Source: Nitrospinales bacterium (GTDB lineage Bacteria > Nitrospinota > Nitrospinia > Nitrospinales > VA-1). Taken from it: a DNA stretch of 64,000 nt. Positions 9,996 through 19,366 of this stretch are shown here, in pieces. The notes under the pieces are model-generated. The model ran no database searches. It was not told the origin of the DNA and was given only the letters and a program-made list of their open reading frames with translations. The stretch spans positions 2,144,001 through 2,208,000 of the forward strand of contig CBDCXL010000002.1 in NCBI GenBank assembly GCA_965223795.1. The letters are read 5' to 3'. A program made the translations under genes and the position numbers. Numbering within the stretch: position 1 is the stretch's first letter; each line of letters opens with the position of its first letter.

Positions 9996-11378
9996 ATGGC
10001 CAAAACCCAATCGCAATTCGTCTGCCAGAGCTGCGGGCACCGCGCGCCCAAATGGCTCGGCAAATGCCCGGAATGCGGAGAGTGGAACACGCTTTCCGAG
10101 GAAGTCGTGAAAAGCCGTGCGCCGGGCGTCAACCCGCGCGGCGTCTCCGGCGGCGCGGCGGAGCCCGCCCTGTACGCCATCACCGAGATCGAGAGCCTGA
10201 ACGCGGCGCGCAGGAGCACGGGAATCAGCGAATTCGACCGGACGCTGGGAGGCGGCGCGGTGGACGGCTCGCTGGTGCTTCTCGGCGGCGATCCGGGAAT
10301 CGGCAAGTCCACGCTCATGCTGCAGGCGGCGGGCCGCATGGCCGGTTTGGGCATGAAAGTGCTCTACGTTTCCGGAGAGGAGTCGCCGGCGCAGATCAAG
10401 ATGCGGGCGGAACGGCTGAGCGCCCTCACTGAGAACCTGCTGATCAGCCCTGAAATCTGCATCGAGGAAATTCTGCGCCTGGTGGAAAAGGTGGACCCCG
10501 CGGTGCTGGTGCTCGATTCGATTCAGACTTTTTTTTCCCAGGAACTCACCTCAGCGCCGGGCAGCATCGGCCAGGTGCGGGAAGTGGCGTTCAAGATTTT
10601 CCAGGCGGTGAAGCAGCGGGCGCTGCCGACCTTTCTGATCGGCCACATCACCAAGGAGGGCGCGCTCGCGGGCCCCAAAACGCTCGAGCACATCGTCGAT
10701 ACGGTGATATACTTCGAGGGCGACCGCGGCCACAGTTACCGGATTTTGAGGACGATCAAGAACCGTTTCGGCTCCACACCGGAGATCGGCGTGTTCGAGA
10801 TGACCGCCGGCGGACTGAACACGGTGGACAACCCTTCGGAGATCTTTCTTTCGGAGCGGCCCGCCGATTCGCCCGGCTCGGTCATCGTTTCCAGTTTTGA
10901 AGGCAGCCGCACGCTGCTGGTCGAGGTGCAGGCTCTGGTGAGCACGTCCTCTTCCATCGGCATGCCGCGCCGGATGGCGACGGGACTTGACCAAAACCGC
11001 ATGACGCTGCTGATCGCCATCATGGAAAAACGCATGGGGCTGCAGTTTCAGGGCGAGGACATCTTCGTCAATCTGGCGGGCGGCATCAAGGTTTTGGAAC
11101 CGGCCATCGATCTGGGCGTGGCATCGGCGATCGCGAGCAGTTTCAAGAACCAGGTGATCGACCGCAAAACGGTGATGATCGGTGAGGTCGGACTCACCGG
11201 CGAAGTCCGTTCGGTCATGCAGCTGGAATCGCGCATCATGGAAGCCAAGCGGCTCGGATTCACCCGCTGCATCGTGCCGCAATCCGCCCGCAAGGGCCAG
11301 GACCTGGCGAAAGGACCGCTTGAGATCCGTTACGTCAAGGATCTAATCGAAGCGTTCGACATCATTTTCGAATCCTGA
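9996..11378 (+). CDS. radA: DNA repair protein RadA/Sms
   Basis: CQSCG...CPECGEWN zinc finger, GGDPGIGKST, KNRFG motif, Lon-like C-terminus. Confidence 0.97.
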   Translation: MAKTQSQFVCQSCGHRAPKWLGKCPECGEWNTLSEEVVKSRAPGVNPRGVSGGAAEPALYAITEIESLNAARRSTGISEFDRTLGGGAVDGSLVLLGGDPGIGKSTLMLQAAGRMAGLGMKVLYVSGEESPAQIKMRAERLSALTENLLISPEICIEEILRLVEKVDPAVLVLDSIQTFFSQELTSAPGSIGQVREVAFKIFQAVKQRALPTFLIGHITKEGALAGPKTLEHIVDTVIYFEGDRGHSYRILRTIKNRFGSTPEIGVFEMTAGGLNTVDNPSEIFLSERPADSPGSVIVSSFEGSRTLLVEVQALVSTSSSIGMPRRMATGLDQNRMTLLIAIMEKRMGLQFQGEDIFVNLAGGIKVLEPAIDLGVASAIASSFKNQVIDRKTVMIGEVGLTGEVRSVMQLESRIMEAKRLGFTRCIVPQSARKGQDLAKGPLEIRYVKDLIEAFDIIFES

Positions 11379-11444
11379 ACCGCAGACCCGGAATCCGTTT
11401 CGTTTGAACCGAACTCAAGACCGCATTCACCGGCTGGAAATCAC

Positions 11445-12131
11445 ATGAAAGTCGCCGCCATCATACCCGCGGCGGGCCAGGGCGTCCGCATGGGAGCCGC
11501 CGTTCCGAAGCAGTTTCTTTCTCTCAACGGCAAGCCGCTTCTTTATCACACGCTGCAAGCGCTTGCCGGCAGCGGCGCCGTCGATGCCGCCGTGCTGGTG
11601 GTGCCGGAGGCGGAATTCGCCGAAGCGCAGGCCAGCTGGCCGCGCCAGTGCCCGATCGTCAAACAGGTCGTCATCGGCGGAGCGCAGCGGCAGGACTCGG
11701 TGCGCAACGGACTCAACGCCCTCGATGCGGACACGGATATCGTGATGACGCACGACGGCGTGCGGCCCTTCGTGACGAGCGAACTGGTTCGCGCGGTGGT
11801 GCAGGCGGCGGACGAAAAGGGCGCCGCCGTCGCGGCGGTTCCCGCCAGCGACACGCTCAAGCATGCCGATGAAAAAGGCGTGGTCACGCGCACGGTGGAC
11901 CGGCAAGGGGTGTGGCGCATCCAGACGCCGCAGGCTTTTCGCTACGCGCTGCTCCTGGAAGCGTTCGGCAAGGCGGCGCGGGATTCCTACTACGGCACCG
12001 ACGAAGGGGCGCTGGTGGAGCACCTGGGGCGGCCGGTTCACATCGTGCGCGGTTCGGAGCTGAACATCAAGATCACGCAGGCGGACGATCTCATTCTGGC
12101 GGAAGCCATCCTGGCGCAGAGGAGCCGGTGA
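11445..12131 (+). CDS. ispD: 2-C-methyl-D-erythritol 4-phosphate cytidylyltransferase
   Basis: IIPAAGQGVRMG...PKQFL, HDGVRP, IQTPQAF, NIKIT motifs. Confidence 0.95.
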   Translation: MKVAAIIPAAGQGVRMGAAVPKQFLSLNGKPLLYHTLQALAGSGAVDAAVLVVPEAEFAEAQASWPRQCPIVKQVVIGGAQRQDSVRNGLNALDADTDIVMTHDGVRPFVTSELVRAVVQAADEKGAAVAAVPASDTLKHADEKGVVTRTVDRQGVWRIQTPQAFRYALLLEAFGKAARDSYYGTDEGALVEHLGRPVHIVRGSELNIKITQADDLILAEAILAQRSR

Positions 12132-12247
12132 GAGCCGTTTCGTTCCTGCATCCCGCGTGTTGCTGAAAAATTCTTGCTCCCATTCGCGGCGGGTTTCATC
12201 TAAAGGTTGAACCTAAAACCCCATCATTCGAACAAAGGAGACAGCGC

Positions 12248-12685
12248 ATGCTCGCCACCGGGACTCAGGCACCTGATTTTTCCGTCAAGGACCACAACGG
12301 CAACACCGTCACCCTGAAGGATCTCAGAGGAAAAAAAGTGGTGCTGTGGTTTTACCCCAAGGCGGACACGCCGGGCTGCACGATGGAAGGCCAGGGATTC
12401 CGCGACGACTATGAAAAATTCAAAAATAAAAACACGCAGGTGTACGGCGTCAGCCTCGACAACGAGGCGGACAACAAGGCGTTCGCGGAAAAGTATTCTT
12501 TCCCGTTTCCGCTGCTGTGCGATGTGAACCGCGAGATTTCCCTCGCCTACCACGCGGTCGCCAATGCCGGCGATGACTACGCCTCGCGCATCTCGTATGT
12601 GATCGACGAGAATGGCAACATCATCGAGGCGATTGAAAAGGTGGACACGAAGACGCATTCTTCCGACCTGTGCTCGCGCCTGTGA
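12248..12685 (+). CDS. bcp: Peroxiredoxin (BCP/PrxQ family)
   Basis: WFYPKADTPGCT active-site motif. Confidence 0.9.
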   Translation: MLATGTQAPDFSVKDHNGNTVTLKDLRGKKVVLWFYPKADTPGCTMEGQGFRDDYEKFKNKNTQVYGVSLDNEADNKAFAEKYSFPFPLLCDVNREISLAYHAVANAGDDYASRISYVIDENGNIIEAIEKVDTKTHSSDLCSRL

Positions 12686-12830
12686 GCGAACCGGCCGCAT
12701 CGACATCGGTCTGCTGAAATGCGAGCGGCGCGAATCGCCCCGCCGTTGTGCCGCGGCCGGGCGCGCTTGATTCTAAGCGGTCGAAGCGGTACCATGTCCA
12801 CTCAATTCCCCAAATTGCGGAGAACGCCCC

Positions 12831-13994
12831 ATGGCCTATAAGGATTTTCTTTTGCCCGAACCTTTGAAACCGAACCAGAAAAAGGAGAAGGGCGAAATCC
12901 TTGAGACCCGGATCAATCATCACGATTTCGGCGCCATCAACGACGTGGCCGATCTTGTGGATTCGTTTCAGTCCGCATCGATCCAGGCGCGCAACATCGG
13001 GCTCTGCGCCAACGTGTTTAAAAAGATGTTGACCGACGAGGAACGGCCCACCATTCTTCTGGGGCTTGCGGGTCCTCTGATCGCCGCGGGGCTGAGGAAG
13101 GTGATCCGCGACATGGTGCACCACAACATGGTGGACGTCATCGTTTCCACCGGCGCGATTCTGTATCAGGATTATTACGCCGCGCAGGGAGGCGGGCACT
13201 ACCTGGGCAGCCCGCACGCGGACGACACCAAGCTGCGGGATCTGTTCATCAACCGCATCTACGACACCTACGTGGATGAGGAGCTGTTCGCGGAGTACGA
13301 CACAAAGATCGGAAACTTCGCCGGCACCCTGGAGCCGAGGAGTTATTCCAGCCGCGAATTTCTGCACGCCCTGTCGGCCACCATCGACGATCCCGAATCG
13401 ATCCTGGTCACGGCGCGCAAGAAAGGCGTGCCGGTGTTCTGCCCGGCGCTCAACGATTCGAGCATCGGCATCGGGCTCACGGAACACTACTACGTCAGCC
13501 GCAAGGAAGGGCGCACGCCCATCACCATCGACGCGATCCGCGACAACTACGAGCTGACGCAGGCGGTGGTGCAGTCTCCGCGCACGGCGGCGTTCTACGT
13601 GGCGGGCGGCGTTCCCAAAAATTACATCAACGACTCCATCGTCATGTCCTACATCTTCGGGCAATACACCGGCGGCCACAAATACGCCCTGCAGATGACA
13701 GCCGACGCGCCGCACTGGGGCGGACTGAGCGGCAGCACGCTGGCGGAAGCGCAGTCCTGGGGCAAGGTCAACAAGGAAGCGAATTTTGCGATGGCGTTCA
13801 TCGAGCCCAGCGTGTCGCTGCCGCTGGTGTTCGGGCACGCGTATCAGCGCGGCCACTTCAAGGACCGGGCTGAACTCGAATTTGTGTGGGAGCAGGACCG
13901 CCTCAAGGAATTGAACGCCGTGGCTCCCGTTCACACCGGCGCCCCTCCGGTGCGTGAAACCGACAAACTCCACTCTCAGTTCACATCCAGGTAG
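12831..13994 (+). CDS. Deoxyhypusine synthase-like protein (possible homospermidine synthase)
   Basis: GGGVPKN-like AGGVPKN, PALNDSSIG and HWGGLSGSTLAEAQSWGK with the catalytic Lys. Confidence 0.88.
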   Translation: MAYKDFLLPEPLKPNQKKEKGEILETRINHHDFGAINDVADLVDSFQSASIQARNIGLCANVFKKMLTDEERPTILLGLAGPLIAAGLRKVIRDMVHHNMVDVIVSTGAILYQDYYAAQGGGHYLGSPHADDTKLRDLFINRIYDTYVDEELFAEYDTKIGNFAGTLEPRSYSSREFLHALSATIDDPESILVTARKKGVPVFCPALNDSSIGIGLTEHYYVSRKEGRTPITIDAIRDNYELTQAVVQSPRTAAFYVAGGVPKNYINDSIVMSYIFGQYTGGHKYALQMTADAPHWGGLSGSTLAEAQSWGKVNKEANFAMAFIEPSVSLPLVFGHAYQRGHFKDRAELEFVWEQDRLKELNAVAPVHTGAPPVRETDKLHSQFTSR

Positions 13995-15100
13995 AATTTC
14001 ACCGTATCGATCTTGTCCGATTCTTTCAGCCTTTCCTTGATACGGTCGAAGCGCGATTTCAATTCCTGCGGGTCCAGCAGGTTGTCCACACGCACGTAAA
14101 GATCGACGATGGTTTTGCCCTTGATGTGGTGCACGCGCATTCCCGTTTTTTCCAGCCAGCCGTTTTCCGGTTCCAGTCCGGCGTCGATGCTGCTTTTCAA
14201 ATCCTCGCGCGTGGCGGGAAACACCGTCTGCACGGCGTCGTCCGGCTCGGCATCGACGTGCACCAGCACGTCCTGAATTTTGCTGAAATTTTTGATCAGG
14301 TTGCGCCGCACCCGCTCGGCGATGGTGTGTCCCTCGGTCACGGTGAGATCGTGGTCCACCTGGATGTGCACGTCCATCATGATTTCGCCGCCCACGCGCC
14401 GGGTGCGCAGGTCGTGATAGCGGATCACTTCGGGAATGCCGTCGATGACTTCCTGAATTCTGCGGATCTTTTCCTCACTCAAACCGGTGTCCATGAGATC
14501 GCGGAAACCGCCCAGGAAAATCTCGATACCCACTTTGAGGATCAGCAGCGCCACCACGATCCCGGCCAAGGGGTCGAGAATGGGATAACCCATGAGCGCG
14601 CCGCCGATTCCCACCAGGGCCGCCACGGAAGAGATGGCGTCGGAGCGGTGGTGCCAGGCGTTGGCGACGACGGACGGGCTGCCGGTTTTCTCACCCACTC
14701 TTACGGTGTAATGAAACAGCCCTTCCTTGACCAGGATGGACACGACCGCGGCGGCGGCCGCAACCCAGGTGGGAATGCGGTCGGATCCGCTTTGCATCAC
14801 GTCCCAGGCTTCCAGGCCGATGCCGACGGCCGCGAGGATGATCAGGATGCCCACGAGGGTGGCGCCCAGGGTTTCGGCGCGGCCGTGGCCGTAGGGGTGG
14901 TCGTCGTCGGCGGGAATCATGCCTATTTTGTGCGCCGCCAATACCACGAAGTCGGTGACGAGATCGGACAGCGAGTGCACCGCATCGGCAATCAGCGCCG
15001 TGCTCATGCCCAGCCAGCCACCGGCGAATTTGATCGCGGAGAGAAACAGGTTGGCGGCGGCGCCGACCAGGGTGACTTTGATTCCGGGAGAAAGGGGCAT
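13976..15100 (-). CDS. Cation diffusion facilitator (CDF) family transporter
   Basis: ADAVHSLSD, HPYGHGRAE, AWHHRSD motifs; C-terminal dimerisation domain. Confidence 0.93.
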   Translation of the reverse strand: MPLSPGIKVTLVGAAANLFLSAIKFAGGWLGMSTALIADAVHSLSDLVTDFVVLAAHKIGMIPADDDHPYGHGRAETLGATLVGILIILAAVGIGLEAWDVMQSGSDRIPTWVAAAAAVVSILVKEGLFHYTVRVGEKTGSPSVVANAWHHRSDAISSVAALVGIGGALMGYPILDPLAGIVVALLILKVGIEIFLGGFRDLMDTGLSEEKIRRIQEVIDGIPEVIRYHDLRTRRVGGEIMMDVHIQVDHDLTVTEGHTIAERVRRNLIKNFSKIQDVLVHVDAEPDDAVQTVFPATREDLKSSIDAGLEPENGWLEKTGMRVHHIKGKTIVDLYVRVDNLLDPQELKSRFDRIKERLKESDKIDTVKFYLDVN

Positions 15101-15133
15101 GTTTTTTTTCTTAAAGCCTGCGCGGCTGCGGGG

Positions 15134-16279
15134 TTAACGGGAACTTTGTTTTTTTGCCTTGTGGTTATTCGCAGCCGCGGGACGCACCGCATGCCCGTTT
15201 TGCCGCAGTTTTGTTAAAATTTTAGCATTGGCGGCGGGAAAAGGATATCGATCCATTTGATCCAGCGGCACCCATTTCCACGCCTCGCAGCTCGTCGGGC
15301 GCAATCTGCCTTTTTCCAGATCGCAGAGAAACACGTGCAGTGTGACGCGAAACTGCGTGTAGCTGTGCTTGACGACCATGAGTTTTTCCTTGAGCCTGAC
15401 TTCGACCCCAAGCTCCTCGCGGATCTCCCGTTGCAGGCCGTCTTCCGGGCTTTCGTTTTTTTCAAGTTTGCCGCCGGGAAATTCCCACAGCCCTCCCATC
15501 AGCCCCTTGAATGGCCGTTTCTGGATGTAGACCTTGCCGTTGCGGCGGATCACGGCGGCGCTGACGCTGATCTTTTTCGCCGGGGCGCGTTCCTTCGCCG
15601 GAGGGAAACGGTCCTGCACGCCTTCACGTTTCGCCTCGCAGGAGGCGCCAATTGGACACAACAGGCAAAGCGGATTCTGCGGCAGGCAGAGCGTGGCGCC
15701 AAGCTCCATCACCGCCTGGTTGAAATCGCCGGGACGGGATGCGGGAACCAGGCTTTCCGCGGCCAGCCACAGGCGGTTTTCGGAGGCTTTGTTGCGGCCG
15801 TTCTCGTCGAGGCAGAACAAGCGCGAGAGCACCCGCTTGACGTTGCCGTCGAGAACCGGAACCGGTTTGTCGAAAGCGATGCTCAGCACCGCTCCGGCGG
15901 TGTAGCGGCCCACTCCCGGCAGGGTGAGGATTTCATCGAGCGTGCCGGGAACCCTGCCGTCGTGTTCGTTGACGATGGTTTTCGCGGCGCGGTGCAGATT
16001 GCGTGCGCGCGAATAATAACCCAGCCCTTCCCACAGCTTCAGCACGCGGCTCTCGCGCGCGGCGGCGAGCTTGTGCACGGTGGGAAACGCCGCCGTCCAG
16101 CGCTCGAAATAGGGGATCACGGTCTTCACCTGAGTCTGCTGCAGCATCATCTCCGAGACCAGAATGAGGTAAGGGTCCCGCGTGTCACGCCAGGGCATGG
16201 CGCGCTGGTCGCGGTCGAACCAGCCGAGCAGGTTTTTCTGCAGCGTGGCGATGGATTCGGGAGAGATCATCGATGTCAT
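15134..16279 (-). CDS. mutY: A/G-specific adenine glycosylase MutY with C-terminal Nudix (MutT-like) domain
   Basis: SEMMLQQTQV, WEGLGYYSRARNL, LPGVGRYTAGA, DGNVKRV, FeS motif CLPQNPLCLLCPIGASC; C-terminal GGKLEKNESPEDGLQREIREELG. Confidence 0.95.
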   Translation of the reverse strand: MTSMISPESIATLQKNLLGWFDRDQRAMPWRDTRDPYLILVSEMMLQQTQVKTVIPYFERWTAAFPTVHKLAAARESRVLKLWEGLGYYSRARNLHRAAKTIVNEHDGRVPGTLDEILTLPGVGRYTAGAVLSIAFDKPVPVLDGNVKRVLSRLFCLDENGRNKASENRLWLAAESLVPASRPGDFNQAVMELGATLCLPQNPLCLLCPIGASCEAKREGVQDRFPPAKERAPAKKISVSAAVIRRNGKVYIQKRPFKGLMGGLWEFPGGKLEKNESPEDGLQREIREELGVEVRLKEKLMVVKHSYTQFRVTLHVFLCDLEKGRLRPTSCEAWKWVPLDQMDRYPFPAANAKILTKLRQNGHAVRPAAANNHKAKKQSSR

Positions 16280-16326
16280 GGAAATGCGTGATGCGGCGTG
16301 AGAGGGTTTCGGTTGCCCGGCTGCGG

Positions 16327-16965
16327 TCAGACGCCGATCGCGTCCTTGCTCCAGATCACTTTGTGCAGCTGGGTCTGCAGGCGCACGGGAAGATTGTCCG
16401 CAAGGATCCATTCGGCCAGATCCTTGAGGGGCAGTTTGTCGTAGACGGGAGAAAACAGAATGCGGGCTTTTTCATCGAGCGCGTGCTTTGTGATGATGTC
16501 CTTGCTCCACTCGTAATCGCTGCGGTCGAGGATGACGAATTTCACTTCGTCGTTCGCATTCAGGTAGCGCAGGTTTTCGTAGAGATTTTTATCCGCCTCG
16601 CCGCTTCCGGGACATTTGAGGTCCAGGATCTTGATCACGGCATCCGGCACCGCTTTGATGGACAGCGAACCCCCGGTTTCCAGCAGCACGCGGTGGCCCT
16701 TGTCCAGAAGCCGGCGCATCAGGGGGACGGCGTCTTTCTGGGCCAGCGGTTCACCGCCGGTGATTTCCACAAGCGGGGTGTCGAACGCTTCCACCGCGGC
16801 GACGATCGCATCGAGGCTCATGTCCGTGCCTTCGTAAAAGGCGTGCTCGGTGTCGCACCAGGTGCAGCGCAGGTTGCAGCCGGTGAGGCGCACGAACACG
16901 CAGGGCAGGCCGGTGTACGACGATTCACCCTGGATACTCCTGTAGATTTCGTGGATTTTCAGCAT
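16327..16965 (-). CDS. queE: 7-carboxy-7-deazaguanine synthase QueE (radical SAM)
   Basis: EIYRSIQGE, GCNLRCTWCDT, ITGGEPL, RLQTQLHK. Confidence 0.92.
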   Translation of the reverse strand: MLKIHEIYRSIQGESSYTGLPCVFVRLTGCNLRCTWCDTEHAFYEGTDMSLDAIVAAVEAFDTPLVEITGGEPLAQKDAVPLMRRLLDKGHRVLLETGGSLSIKAVPDAVIKILDLKCPGSGEADKNLYENLRYLNANDEVKFVILDRSDYEWSKDIITKHALDEKARILFSPVYDKLPLKDLAEWILADNLPVRLQTQLHKVIWSKDAIGV

Positions 16966-17092
16966 GGTAGTCGCAGCGTGCAATTATTACTGTCCCGATT
17001 CTACAACAACTGCCGCGCGGGATCATCCCTCAGCCGGGGCAGGACGGACTTGCGGCGAATAAAAGACGGAATTTCAGTTGTTTTCGGTGGGA

Positions 17093-17476
17093 CTACTGAA
17101 TGGCGACCACGCCGGTCGAATCGATGTTGAAGCTGTTGGAACTTGCGGTGTGCGAGGCGGTGATGTCGAATCCCTGCTCGGTGGTGTTGGTGAGCGTGAG
17201 GTTGACGTTGGGAGACTGCTCGTAACCATACGTCACCGAGGTGGCGACGGCGAGGGTGCAGTTGGCGGTGCCCAGCGAGTCGGCCCAGTAGGCCTTGCAG
17301 ACTTTGAATATGTTCTGCAGGTCGGACTTGGCGAGCGAATCGTAGCTGCGCTGCTTGTACTCGGTGAACCGGGGAATGGCGATGGCCGCGAGAACGCCGA
17401 TGATGCCGATCACGATCAGAACTTCGATCAAAGTGAATCCCTTGCTGTTTTTGAAGTGTTCATGTTGACGCTTCAT
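17093..17476 (-). CDS. pilA: Type IVa pilin (prepilin with N-methylation motif)
   Basis: KG|FTLIEVLIVIGIIGVLAAIAIP class III signal; sigma54 promoter upstream. Confidence 0.85.
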   Translation of the reverse strand: MKRQHEHFKNSKGFTLIEVLIVIGIIGVLAAIAIPRFTEYKQRSYDSLAKSDLQNIFKVCKAYWADSLGTANCTLAVATSVTYGYEQSPNVNLTLTNTTEQGFDITASHTASSNSFNIDSTGVVAIQ

Positions 17477-17537
17477 GGTCTTGGCACCGGGTATGGGTTG
17501 CCCCTGTTTCAGGGGAATCTGGGCTGATTTTCGAGAG

Positions 17538-17553
17538 TGTGATTTGTATCACA
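17538..17553. promoter_or_regulatory. CRP/FNR-family binding site upstream of pilin
   Basis: TGTGA-TTTGTA-TCACA, exact TGTGA-N6-TCACA. Confidence 0.65.
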
Positions 17554-17558
17554 TAAGA

Positions 17559-17574
17559 TGCAAGTCCGGTACCA
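17559..17574 (-). promoter_or_regulatory. Sigma54 (-24/-12) promoter of the pilin gene
   Basis: Minus strand TGGTAC-CGGAC-TTGCA matches TGGCAC-N5-TTGCW; IHF-like site at 17602-17614 and palindrome TGGCAAAATTTGCCA at 17662-17676 upstream. Confidence 0.75.
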
Positions 17575-17827
17575 AAGCGGACGATTGCGTGTGAAAAAAC
17601 GCAATCTTATGATTTACAGTGCATTATTTTTATGACAGTAGGGGCTGGGGGCTGGGTTCAGTGGCAAAATTTGCCATATTTGACAATTTTTGTTGAGCGA
17701 TAGCACGGTTTTATACCCTTTTTCGGGCAGTTTCCCGTGGAATGGCAGCGATTCAGAGAGATTTTTGTGAAATGCAAATAAGAGGCGGTTTTACAGTGAT
17801 TTTAGCGCTATTTCGGAAAATTTTCGA

Positions 17828-19264
17828 TCAGGAGGTCACGCCCAGGCGGCTGGTGAGGATCCGGGTCCCCATGCGCGCCTTGGCGGTGAAATCGGCCCAG
17901 GAACGCACTTTGGCGATCTGCTTCATGATGTAGGTCGGCTGGCGGTAGAACCGGCTGTGGCATTCGTCCTGAATGGCGCGCAGCTCCTCCTCTGAAAAAT
18001 CGCGGTTCCAGAAACGGATCTTGAAGTCGGGCGTGGGGTGTTCCGCGAACCGCTGCCAGTAATCCTCGGGCACGATGCCTTCCTTCAGCATCTGAAAATA
18101 CAGTTCCGTTTTCGGGTAGGGCGTGCAGATGGAGAACTGGGCGTAATCGGGTTTCAGTTTCTTGGCGAAGTCCACGGTGTGCATCATCTCTTCGCGCGTC
18201 TCGTGCGGGATGCCGATCATCATGTAGGCGAAAAAACCGATGCCGGTTTTCTTCGTCAAGCGGCAGGCGCGCAGCACTTTTTCGGGCGTCTGGCCTTTCT
18301 GCAGATATTTCAGGTGGCGCGGCGTCGCCGATTCGATGCCGTAATGGATGCGGTAGCAGCCGGAGCGCTTGAGGGCGCGCAGGATGTCCTCGTTGACCGT
18401 GTCCACGCGCGCGGAAATCTTGTAGTGGACTTTGAGGCCGCGCTTGACGATGCGGTCGCAGATGGCGAGCACGTTTTTTTTGTCGATGGTGATGGTGTCG
18501 TCGACGAAGAACAAATCGTCCACACCCATGTCCACCAGTTCCTCGATCTCGCCCACGACGCTTTCCGGCGAGCGCATGCGGAATTTGGTCTTGCGGATGT
18601 CGCAGAACGAGCAGGCGGCCGGGCATCCGCGCGTCGCCTGCAGCGTGAAGAACTGCCGTCCCTCACCGATGATGTGCTGGTATTGGGAAACGTCCACCAG
18701 ATGCCGGGCCGGGTTGGGCAGGGCGTTGAGATCCACAAGATCGGTGCGCGCCGGGTTGATGCGCGGCACGCTGTCCTGCTTGAAACCCAGCCCGCGGATG
18801 CTTTCCAGGCGCGGCGAATCGGGGCCGTCCGCTTCCAGAACCTGCGCAAACTCGGTGAAGATGGGCTCGCCCTCGCCGAACACGACGAAATCGATTTCCG
18901 GCTGCGCCAGGGTTTCCTGCGGATACAGGTTGACGTGCGGACCGCCGAGGCAGATTTTGACATCCGGTTTTTCCCGCTTGAGGACGCGCGCGGCCTGCAG
19001 CGCGTCGAGCAGGTTGAAGGTCATGATGCTCATGGCTACCAGGTCCGGCTGGATCTCGCGGCAGCGGGCGATCAACTCCGCTTCGGTCACGTTTTCCGGC
19101 GGGCAGTCGATGAACACCGGCCGTTCTCCCGTCGCCCGCTGGTAATGGGCGGCGACATACAGCAGGCCGAGCTTGGGGTAGTAGCCTTTGCCGCCTTCCA
19201 GCGCCTTAGGGACGGAGGAATCGAGAGACAGGGTCTCGGGCGGAACCAGAAATAAAATTTTCAT
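17828..19264 (-). CDS. Cobalamin-binding domain radical SAM protein
   Basis: N-terminal B12-binding region (LGLLYVAA, GGPH, GEGE) and TRGCPAACSFC. Confidence 0.9.
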   Translation of the reverse strand: MKILFLVPPETLSLDSSVPKALEGGKGYYPKLGLLYVAAHYQRATGERPVFIDCPPENVTEAELIARCREIQPDLVAMSIMTFNLLDALQAARVLKREKPDVKICLGGPHVNLYPQETLAQPEIDFVVFGEGEPIFTEFAQVLEADGPDSPRLESIRGLGFKQDSVPRINPARTDLVDLNALPNPARHLVDVSQYQHIIGEGRQFFTLQATRGCPAACSFCDIRKTKFRMRSPESVVGEIEELVDMGVDDLFFVDDTITIDKKNVLAICDRIVKRGLKVHYKISARVDTVNEDILRALKRSGCYRIHYGIESATPRHLKYLQKGQTPEKVLRACRLTKKTGIGFFAYMMIGIPHETREEMMHTVDFAKKLKPDYAQFSICTPYPKTELYFQMLKEGIVPEDYWQRFAEHPTPDFKIRFWNRDFSEEELRAIQDECHSRFYRQPTYIMKQIAKVRSWADFTAKARMGTRILTSRLGVTS

Positions 19265-19366
19265 GGGAACGCGGGGGGAATTTGCTTAGAATCGGGGCGT
19301 CGCTGTCCGCGCCGTCGAGTGGGGCGGCTCCCGAATGATGGACACTCAACCAAGGATGCGAAACCT

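Noticed and set aside
12248..12685. Possible selenocysteine peroxiredoxin
   Set aside because: The active-site codon is TGC (Cys) and the ORF is uninterrupted.
17828..19264. B12 radical SAM enzyme as a pilin-modifying enzyme
   Set aside because: Adjacency is the only support; the pilin has its own promoter and a 350-bp gap separates the genes.
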